Shown in pieces: positions 1 through 7,795 of a DNA stretch of 64,000 nucleotides. Numbering within the stretch: position 1 is the first letter of the stretch; every line of letters begins with the position of its first letter. The notes below the pieces were generated by a model. It saw only the letters and a list, made by a program, of their open reading frames with translations, did not search any database and was not told where the DNA came from. The stretch is from a bacterium (GTDB lineage: Bacteria; UBA8248; JACPRG01; G963555815): positions 4,192,001 through 4,256,000 of the forward strand of contig OZ244653.1 in the NCBI GenBank assembly GCA_965218795.1. Reading direction: 5' to 3'. The position numbers and the translations under genes are program-made.

Positions 1-738
1 GCCAAGTACGCCCGGCCGTCCGCGAAGGAAGAGGAAAAGGAGAAGAAGAAAAAGAAGGGCGTGGTCCGTGAATACACCGAGGCCATCCTGCTCGCCCTTC
101 TCCTGGCGCTCTTTCTGCGTGCGTTTGTCGTCCAGGCCTTCAAGATACCTTCGGGCTCCATGAAGGAAACCCTCCAAATCGGCGATCACCTCCTGGTCAA
201 CAAACTCCTCTACCGCACCTGGACGAAGAACGACCTCGCCGAGATGTTCGAGGTGGTCCCCATTCTGGGCGACTTCATCAAATTCCTGACCGACTTGCTG
301 CCGTTCGATTACAACTTCAGGTTCAAGGAAGTGAACCGCGGCGACATCGTCGTCTTCAAGTTCCCCCGGGATGAGACCCGCGATTTCATCAAGCGGGTGA
401 TCGGGATGCCGGGCGACGTGGTGGAGGTCCGTGGCAGAGAGGTCCTCATCAACGGCAGGACCATCGATGAGCCTTACGCCAAGTACGACGACGTGGGCGA
501 GCAGGGGAACTTCGCCACCCGCGAGCGGTTCGGCCCGGTCCGTGTGCCGGATGGGCACGTCTTCATGTTCGGAGACAACCGGGACAATTCCCTCGACAGC
601 CGGGCCTGGGGTTTTCTCGACACGGACAAGATCCGGGGGGAGGCGTTCATCCTCTATTGGTCCTGCATCAAGCCCGGCGTGTTGTGTCTGCTCCCGTCCA
701 ATATCCGCTGGAACCGCTTCGGCAAGCTGCTGTTCTGA
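1..738 (+). CDS. lepB: Signal peptidase I (probably 5'-partial; frame is open to the window edge)
   Basis: TM helix followed by IPSGSM (catalytic Ser), FIKRVIG (Lys) and GDNRDNSLDSR motifs; frame 1 is open from base 1. Confidence 0.95.
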   Translation, partial: AKYARPSAKEEEKEKKKKKGVVREYTEAILLALLLALFLRAFVVQAFKIPSGSMKETLQIGDHLLVNKLLYRTWTKNDLAEMFEVVPILGDFIKFLTDLLPFDYNFRFKEVNRGDIVVFKFPRDETRDFIKRVIGMPGDVVEVRGREVLINGRTIDEPYAKYDDVGEQGNFATRERFGPVRVPDGHVFMFGDNRDNSLDSRAWGFLDTDKIRGEAFILYWSCIKPGVLCLLPSNIRWNRFGKLLF

Positions 739-779
739 ATCAGCGGTGAAGGTAGAGACTCGCGCCGAACGATTGACGG

Positions 780-1640
780 TCACCCATTGGGTCCATCCTT
801 CAAGTTTCTTCTGAAATGATCCGAAAGCCTCGCAAATTCCTCGAGGCTCAGCGTCTCCGCGCGGCGGGCCGGGTCGATCCCCGCCGCGGCCATCGTGTCC
901 TGGATTCGGCCTTCCATTTCCTTCCCGAAATAAGACCGCAGATTATTGGACAAGGTCTTCCGCCGCTGGGCGAATGCAGCGCGGACGAGCCGCTCGAAGA
1001 AACCCGGGTCGTGGACCGGCGCCCTCGGCTCCTTCTGCGGAACCAGCCGGAGAACGGTTGAGGATACCTTGGGCGGCGGCGAGAACGCCCCGGGTTCCAC
1101 GTCGAATCCCCATTCCACCTCGCACCACAGCTGGACGGCCAGCGTGAGGGTGCCGTAATCCTTCGTTCCGGGCTGCGCGCTGATCCGGTCGGCCACCTCC
1201 TTCTGAATCATGACGACAAGGTCTCGGATCGCCTCCCGGCACTGAACCAGGTTCAGGAGGATGGCGGTGGCCGCGTAGTAGGGAAGATTCCCGATCACTC
1301 GAATGCGGGCGCCGCCGGGTTTCATTTCTGAGAGATTGGAGAAGTCGACGGCGAGGGCGTCCCCCTCGGCGATGGAGACGTGCGGCCGGTCGGCGAATTC
1401 CCGTTTCAGGTTCTCCGCAAGGCGGTCATCCAGCTCCAGCGCCGTCACGAGGCCCCCCGGTTCCACCCTCCGGGCCAGAGTTCGGGTCAGCTCCCCCCGT
1501 CCCGCGCCGATCTCCACTACGTGCTCCCCGGGCCGCGGATTGCAGAATTCGATGATCCGGTCCAGGACGAACGGGTCGCGGAGAAAATGCTGGCCCAGGC
1601 GGGCGCGCTTGCGCCTTTTTCGTACTGATTTGTGCGTCAT
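780..1640 (-). CDS. rsmA: 16S rRNA m6,2A1518/1519 dimethyltransferase
   Basis: LGQHFL, VEIGAGRG, GNLPY, QKEVADR, FSPPPKV, AFAQRRKTL and RRAETLS motifs. Confidence 0.97.
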   Translation of the reverse strand: MTHKSVRKRRKRARLGQHFLRDPFVLDRIIEFCNPRPGEHVVEIGAGRGELTRTLARRVEPGGLVTALELDDRLAENLKREFADRPHVSIAEGDALAVDFSNLSEMKPGGARIRVIGNLPYYAATAILLNLVQCREAIRDLVVMIQKEVADRISAQPGTKDYGTLTLAVQLWCEVEWGFDVEPGAFSPPPKVSSTVLRLVPQKEPRAPVHDPGFFERLVRAAFAQRRKTLSNNLRSYFGKEMEGRIQDTMAAAGIDPARRAETLSLEEFARLSDHFRRNLKDGPNG

Positions 1641-1661
1641 CTCGATGTCCCGGAGGTCTTG

Positions 1662-2666
1662 TTACCGCTGGTTCCGTCTCGTCAAATGGGCCGCCAGCCG
1701 AATGGCCGCAATCACGCCGGAGGGGTCGGCCCGGCCCCGCCCCGCGATATCGAAAGCCGTCCCGTGGTCGGGAGAGGTCCGGATGAACGGCAGCCCCAGC
1801 GTGACGTTGACCGCGGTCCCGCGCCCGAGCAGCTTGGCCGCGATCAAACCCTGGTCGTGGTACATGGCGACGATGCCGTCCCAGTCTCCGGCCTTTCGCG
1901 CAAACAGGGCATCGGCGGGGAAGGGGCCCTCGGCGTGAATTCCTTCCCGGACCGCGTCCCGAACGGCCGGGGCGACGGCGCGGGTCTCCTCCGTCCCAAG
2001 CCTTCCGCCTTCACCGGCATGAGGGTTCAGACCCGTCACGGCGATCCGGGGCGCTCGCTTCCCTTCGCCGTCACGGAGCCAGCGGTCGAGCACGCGAAGT
2101 GTCCGGAGGACGGCTTTCCGTCCGATGGCCCCCGGCACCTCGTCCAAGGGCAGATGCGTCGTGACCAGCGCCACGCGCAGCCGTCCGGCAAAGAAGGTCA
2201 TGGCCACGTCCCGCGTCCGGGTCAGCGTGGCGAGGGCTTCGGTATGTCCGGCGTGTGCGATCCCGGCCGCATGCCAGGCCTTTTTCGAGATCGGGGCGGT
2301 AACCAAGGCGTCGGCCCCGCCGGATTCCACGAGCCGGACGGCGGCTTCAACGCAGTCGTAAGAGAAGCGTCCCGTCGTGGCTGAGATTTTCCCCCAGCGA
2401 ACGCCCTTCAGAGCCGCACCCTCGACATCCTTGATTTCCAGACGCTTCAGAACGGTTTCGGCGCCGCGTCTGTGCTGTTTCCCCAGAGTGTCTGCCGTGC
2501 GCTCGAAAACCTTGCGGCTCCCGACAAGGACGAGCCGGCACAACCTCGCCAAACCGGGGTCGGCTGCGGCCCGAAGGATGATTTCCGGTCCGATGCCGGA
2601 CGGGTCGCCCGGGGTCAGAGTCACCCTGGGAAGGGAAGATGCGCGGGGACGGGGGGTCATGATCAT
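1662..2666 (-). CDS. pdxA: 4-hydroxythreonine-4-phosphate dehydrogenase
   Basis: GDPSGIGPE, TAPISK, GHTE, LNPHAGE, MYHDQG and RTSPDHGTAFDIAG motifs; classic pdxA-rsmA order. Confidence 0.97.
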   Translation of the reverse strand: MIMTPRPRASSLPRVTLTPGDPSGIGPEIILRAAADPGLARLCRLVLVGSRKVFERTADTLGKQHRRGAETVLKRLEIKDVEGAALKGVRWGKISATTGRFSYDCVEAAVRLVESGGADALVTAPISKKAWHAAGIAHAGHTEALATLTRTRDVAMTFFAGRLRVALVTTHLPLDEVPGAIGRKAVLRTLRVLDRWLRDGEGKRAPRIAVTGLNPHAGEGGRLGTEETRAVAPAVRDAVREGIHAEGPFPADALFARKAGDWDGIVAMYHDQGLIAAKLLGRGTAVNVTLGLPFIRTSPDHGTAFDIAGRGRADPSGVIAAIRLAAHLTRRNQR

Positions 2667-2845
2667 CCAATCTCTGTGTTGCGCTGAGCAGATCTTAGCA
2701 CGGACGCCCCTCGCTGCGGATGGCTTGCCGGTCGGGGACTGATATTGTGCTATCCTCTAATAAGCAGATTGACTGTTTTCTGACAGAAGGCGATAGAAAT
2801 GTTGCGCGTCTCCCACCTTTTTGAAAGTCAGACCGGAGGAATGAG

Positions 2846-3460
2846 ATGAGCCTTCTTCGGGAAGAGCCGGTTCCCGCCCGCGAGGGACGGGCGTGGGTCG
2901 TGAAGCGCGGTCAACGAATACGGTTCGTCGACGTCGATGGCGGTCAGATTGGCGACCTTGTGGTATTCAATGCGGACAACATCCGGGAACGCTTCAACCA
3001 ATCCCGCACGAGGTCCAATCAGGGAAAATTTCTGATCTCCACGGGGGATCACCTGTACTCCAAATTCAACAATATCATGCTGACCATCGTCGAGGACACT
3101 TACGGCACTCACGATTTGCAGTACGGGATGTGCAGCCGTTTCGTCTATCAGCGGGCAAAGCACAGCCTAGCCGAGGGTTTCCCGATCGGGGGGCCGCTCG
3201 GCCGGCCCGAGGTCGGCTGCTGGGAGATCCTCACCGAAACCATGAAGCCCTGGGACGTCCCGGCGGAGGACGTGCCCGATCCCCTGAACCTGTTCCAGAC
3301 GTTGGACTTTGATTTCGAAAACGGCCGTTTTGCTCTGGCGGAAGGCCGCAGCAAGCCGGGGGACTATGTCGACATGGTGGCCGAGATGGATGTGATCGCG
3401 GCGCTCAGCGCGTGCCCGGTAACGGGCCATCCGCTCCGGGTGGAGATTTACGAGATCTAG
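2846..3460 (+). CDS. DUF1989 / urea carboxylase-associated family protein
   Basis: GGQIGDL, HDLQYGMC, GCWE, PDPLNLF, SKPGDYV and SACP motifs; GGAGG RBS upstream. Confidence 0.9.
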   Translation: MSLLREEPVPAREGRAWVVKRGQRIRFVDVDGGQIGDLVVFNADNIRERFNQSRTRSNQGKFLISTGDHLYSKFNNIMLTIVEDTYGTHDLQYGMCSRFVYQRAKHSLAEGFPIGGPLGRPEVGCWEILTETMKPWDVPAEDVPDPLNLFQTLDFDFENGRFALAEGRSKPGDYVDMVAEMDVIAALSACPVTGHPLRVEIYEI

Positions 3461-3462
3461 GA

Positions 3463-3707
3463 AGGCTGCGGAAAAACGGTTTCGAGGGCCGTGATGACGC
3501 TCCCCGTGTCATCCTGAGGGAGAGGTCAATGACCCAAGGTCACCGACCCGCGCGAGGAATCTTCTTCAAATCAGGGAGCTTTTTATCAACCCGTTCAAAA
3601 ACAACAAGTTTTGCGCTTGAGCGAATTCCCCGCTGCGCTCGGAATGACAATTCGCGAGGTTCTCATTCCGGTCAAAACGCCGGGCCGGCGGAGTTTTTCC
3701 GCAGCCT
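3463..3707. mobile_element. MITE-like element with 15-bp perfect TIRs enclosing REP-like hairpin arms
   Basis: AGGCTGCGGAAAAAC (3463-3477) and GTTTTTCCGCAGCCT (3693-3707); CTAG just left, CTCG just right; internal GTCATCCTGAG ... CTCGGAATGAC arms. Confidence 0.7.
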
Positions 3708-3753
3708 GCTCGGGGCAGGCGGGGCTTGGACGTGAAACGTCGCCGTCGAATGG

Positions 3754-5058
3754 ATGACGACGCGGGATGAGAATTTCGTGAAGCTTACGGTCAATCGTTT
3801 TCCGGTGGATCGAATCGGGGAATCGCAGAATACGGAGTTGGACGGACGCACCCTCGGGATTGATCCGGCCGCGTTGCAAACCCTTCTCCTCCAGGACGAG
3901 CGCATCCGGGGGGTGTCGGTCGATCTCGTCCACCCTGGGGATTCCTGCCGCGTCATCAACATCCTGGACATCTTCGAGCCCCGGATCAAAGTTGACGGCG
4001 CGGGTGCAACGTTTCCCGGGACCTTTCCGGGCATCCTGGGCGATGCGAGCCTCGTCGGGAGCGGCGAGACGAATGTTCTGGAAGGCGCATCCGTCGTCGT
4101 TTGCGGTCCGTTGGACGGGGCCGAGGACGCCTTGCTCGATATGAGCGGGCCGTGCGCGGAACTCAGTCATTTCTCCGCGATCGAGAACGTGGCCGTCACC
4201 CTCCAGCCGGCCGAGGGGCTTCCCCGGGCCGAATTCTCCAAGGCGGCCGTCCAGGCGGGCGTCCGGGCCGCCCACCACCTCGCGGGGGCGACCGAAGGGA
4301 AGTCCGGGGAATCATCGGAAGTGTTTGACCTGCCGCCGGCCCTTCAGGGGGGCGGTGATCCAGGGGCGCTCCCCCGCGTCGGATACGTCTACTTCCTGTA
4401 TTCCCACGGCGATCTGCGGGACATGCTCGTCTACGGCAGAGACACCCGCGATCTGTACCCGACGCTGATCCATCCCAACGAGGTCATGGACGGCGCCGTC
4501 GTGTGGGAGGGCTTCAGCCGCCCGACCATGAACATGACGTATGACCAGCTCAACAACGGTGTCATCCGCTCCCTGTACGACGCGCACGGCAAGACCTTGA
4601 CCTATACCGCCACCATCATCGCCAACCACCACAAACTCTTTGCGGAAAAGGCTCTCCACGCAGAGCAGATCGCGTCCCTGGCGGGGGACGTCCTGGGCGT
4701 CGACGGTGTCGTCATTACGAAGGACGGCGGGGGCCAGGCGGACACCGACCTGATGCTGACCTGCGAGCGGTGCGAGGAGCGCGGCATCCAGACCGTCATC
4801 CTGGCGATGGAGTTCGCGGGCGTCGGCGGATCCTCGGAGGGTTCGCTGGCGGATACGAGTCCGAGGGCCGATGCTATCGTGGCCGTCGGGAACTGCGCGG
4901 AGATGATCGCGCTCCCCGCGATGGAGCGGGTCGTGGGGGGGAAGCGGCTCAAGGATTACGACCGAGACCCCCGGGAGGGGATCGAGGTCCCCTACAACAA
5001 AATGCCCGGCCCCATCAGCTTTTTCGGGGACAATTGCCTGCGCGCCCAGGCCTACTAG
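3754..5058 (+). CDS. Glycine/sarcosine/betaine reductase component B non-selenium subunit (GrdE/GrdG/GrdI-like)
   Basis: DIFEPRIK, DMSGPCAELSHFS, PTLIHPNEVMDGA, DGVVITKDGGG and DAIVAVGN motifs; directly upstream of the selenoprotein B gene. Confidence 0.88.
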   Translation: MTTRDENFVKLTVNRFPVDRIGESQNTELDGRTLGIDPAALQTLLLQDERIRGVSVDLVHPGDSCRVINILDIFEPRIKVDGAGATFPGTFPGILGDASLVGSGETNVLEGASVVVCGPLDGAEDALLDMSGPCAELSHFSAIENVAVTLQPAEGLPRAEFSKAAVQAGVRAAHHLAGATEGKSGESSEVFDLPPALQGGGDPGALPRVGYVYFLYSHGDLRDMLVYGRDTRDLYPTLIHPNEVMDGAVVWEGFSRPTMNMTYDQLNNGVIRSLYDAHGKTLTYTATIIANHHKLFAEKALHAEQIASLAGDVLGVDGVVITKDGGGQADTDLMLTCERCEERGIQTVILAMEFAGVGGSSEGSLADTSPRADAIVAVGNCAEMIALPAMERVVGGKRLKDYDRDPREGIEVPYNKMPGPISFFGDNCLRAQAY

Positions 5059-5074
5059 AACGGGAGAATTCATC

Positions 5075-6376
5075 ATGTCCCGCGCACGGGTCGTCCATTA
5101 CGTGAATCAATTCTTCGCCGGCGTCGGCGGCGAGAGCGAGGCCTCCACTGAGCCGTTCTTTGTGGAAGGCCCCGCCGGTCCCGGCAAGCCGCTGGACGCG
5201 ACCCTGGGGGATCAGGCGGACATCGTTCTCACCGCGGCCTGCGGAGACGATTGTTTCGCCGAGCAAAATGAGAAGGCCGTCGCCGTCCTCGTGGACCGCA
5301 TTCGCGACGCCCGCCCCGATCTGTTTTTTTCCGGACCCGCCTTCAACTCCGGGCGGTACGGATACGCCTGCGGCGTGCTGGGCCAACGCGTCGGGCAGGA
5401 ATTGAGCATCCCGGTCGTGTCGGGAATGGCGCCGGAAAATCCCGGTCTGGAGTACCGGAGAGGGGCCTATATCGTCCGGACGGCGGACAACGTCCGGGGG
5501 ATGAAGGACGCCATCGAAGCGATGGCCCGGCTGGGCCTCATGCTCCTGCGCGGGCAAGAACCGGGGGCTTCGGAGGACGAGGGATACTTTCCGCGGGGCT
5601 ACCGGAAGAACGTCCGGGTGGAGCGAAAGGGAACGGAGCGGGCCCTCTCGATGCTGCTGGCCAAGATCCGGGGAGAGGCCTTCGAGACCGAGTTGGTCAT
5701 GCCGAGGTTCGACCGCGTGGCGCCGGCGCCCCCGGTCGGCGACCCGGCGAAGGCGACGATCGCCCTGGTGACAACCGGCGGTCTGGTGCCCAAGGGCAAC
5801 CCCGACCGGCTGCAATCCACCATGGCGACCCGCTTCGGCCGGTACGCGGTCGATGGGGTCGAGGACCTGTCCCCCGCCGATTTCGAGGGGAATCACGGCG
5901 GGTATTCGACGGCCTACGTCAATGAGGATCCCGATCGGCTGGTACCCCTGGACGTCCTGCGGGATCTGGAGCGGGAAGGGCGGGTCGGAAAAGTCCACGA
6001 AGTCTTCTTCACGACGGCGGGTTGCAGCACGTATTACGAAGCCGGGGCCCGGATCGGAGCGGAGATCGCCCGGGAGCTCGAGGAATCCGACGTGGATGCC
6101 GCGCTGATCACCGCGACGTGAGGCACGTGCACCCGCTGCGGGTCAGCGGTCGCAAAAGAGATTGAGAGGGCGGGACTGCCCGCGGCCCTCATCGCCACGC
6201 TCAGCTCCATCGCGCGGAACACAGGGGCCAACCGAATCGTCACCGGGGCGGGCATCCCTCACGTGGTCGGCCATCCGGATCTGGACCCGGCGGAGGAGAA
6301 GGCGTTCCGGCGGAAGGTCGTGGAGCGGGCGATCCAGGCGATCTCTACGGAGGTCGGCGACCAACAGGTTTTCTGA
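5075..6376 (+). CDS. Glycine/sarcosine/betaine reductase selenoprotein B (GrdB/GrdF/GrdH-like), 433 aa with Sec349
   Basis: VVHYVNQFFAGVGGE, GPAFNSGRYG and ALVTTGGLVPKGNPD motifs; TGA at 6119-6121 reads through to ITAT-U-GTCTRCG...GANRIV...IPHVVG...DQQVF, stop at 6374-6376. Confidence 0.93.
6129..6153 (+). promoter_or_regulatory. Putative bacterial SECIS hairpin for GrdB Sec349
   Basis: Stem CCGCTG (6133-6138) / CAGCGG (6144-6149) with G-rich loop CGGGT starting 18 nt after the UGA. Confidence 0.65.
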
Positions 6377-6400
6377 TCGATCCATACGAAGGGAAAATGG

Positions 6401-7795
6401 GTGAAGGCTGATCTCGTGCTCAAGGGCGGGACGCTCGTCATCCCGGGACAGGGACTCGTCCGGGCCGGTGTGGCGGTTCGGGCGGGGACGATCACCGCAG
6501 TGGCCAAGGAAGCCGCGCTGCCGTCCGCGTCCCGGGTGATTGACGCAAAGGGCCGATTTGTGCTTCCCGGCATCATTGACCCCCATGTCCACTTCGGCCT
6601 GATCAGCGACCTGGGCGAGGATGTCCGGACCGAGACCCGGTCCGCTCTGGCGGGAGGGGTCACGACGGTCGGGGCCTTCATTCGCGAGCCGGAATCCCAC
6701 CTGGAGAGCTTCGACCGGCGGACCCGGATCTTCGAAAGCAACAGCTCGGCCGACATCTTTCCTCATTTCGAGATTGTCTCGGAGGCGCAGGCTCTCGAAA
6801 TTTCCGGGTGCGCGAAGCGGTTCGGCGTCACTTCGTACAAGATGTTCATGTCCGGGATCCCGATCAAAGGCTCGTCCGTCCCGGTGGATGACGGCGTGCT
6901 CCTTGAGTCCTTCCGGCAAATCGCCCGTCTCGGGGCGTCGGGCATCGCCCTCGTCCACGCTGAAAATCCGGATATCGTCATCCACGCCCGGGCGCGCATG
7001 GGGCAACTGAAACCCCGCGGCAATCTGAGGGACTGGGCCGACTGCCATCCGAATCTGGTGGAGGAGGAGGCGGTGCTCCGATCCGTCTATCTGGCGGAGC
7101 AGGCCGGCTGCCGGATCTATATCGTTCACGTCTCGACGGCGGAGGCTCTGGACCGGCTTCGCGCGCTCCGGAAGGACAACCCGGCGTTGTTCGTCGAAAC
7201 GTGCTCGCCCTACCTCACCCTGACGAAACATTCCAAAATGGGCCTTCTGGCCAAGCTCATCCCGCCCCTCCGCGGCCGGGAGGATCTGGAAACTTTGTGG
7301 CGGGGGATGGAAGAGGACGTCGTTGATTCGTTGGGAACGGACAACATTTTTCGCACACGGGCGTACAAGCAGCCGGAGGCCGGGCTCATCGGCGCGAAAG
7401 GCGCCGCGACGTTCCTCGGGGTTCACCTGCCCGTGATGCTCGATGAAGGAGTCCACCGCCGGAGGTTCCCCCTCGAACGGCTGGTCGACAAGATGACGCG
7501 CCAGCCCGCCCGCATCTTCGGTTTGTATCCGAAAAAAGGAACCATCTCTCCCGGCTCGGACGCCGATCTGGTCGTCGTGGACCTGGAGAAGGTGAGAACC
7601 GTCCGCCCCTCCGAGCTTCATACCCGGGCGGACTTCTCTTTATATGAGGGAAAGCGAATCCGAGGCTGGCCGGTGATGACGATCAAGGGCGGAGCCGTGG
7701 CCGTTGAGAACAACGAGATCCTGATCGATCCGGGCTGCGGTAAGGTGTTGAGACGGTCCCTCAAGACGGTCGGAGGACGGAGGATGTCTCGTTGA
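6401..7795 (+). CDS. Cyclic amidohydrolase (dihydropyrimidinase / allantoinase / dihydroorotase family)
   Basis: PGIIDPHVH, AGGVTT, SYKMFM, VHAEN, VHVS, ETC and KKGTISPGSDADLV motifs. Confidence 0.9.
   Translation: MKADLVLKGGTLVIPGQGLVRAGVAVRAGTITAVAKEAALPSASRVIDAKGRFVLPGIIDPHVHFGLISDLGEDVRTETRSALAGGVTTVGAFIREPESHLESFDRRTRIFESNSSADIFPHFEIVSEAQALEISGCAKRFGVTSYKMFMSGIPIKGSSVPVDDGVLLESFRQIARLGASGIALVHAENPDIVIHARARMGQLKPRGNLRDWADCHPNLVEEEAVLRSVYLAEQAGCRIYIVHVSTAEALDRLRALRKDNPALFVETCSPYLTLTKHSKMGLLAKLIPPLRGREDLETLWRGMEEDVVDSLGTDNIFRTRAYKQPEAGLIGAKGAATFLGVHLPVMLDEGVHRRRFPLERLVDKMTRQPARIFGLYPKKGTISPGSDADLVVVDLEKVRTVRPSELHTRADFSLYEGKRIRGWPVMTIKGGAVAVENNEILIDPGCGKVLRRSLKTVGGRRMSR

Noticed and set aside
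6162-6404. 80-aa ORF between the GrdB-like gene and the amidohydrolase
   Set aside because: Wrong frame; the region is the post-UGA C-terminus of the selenoprotein
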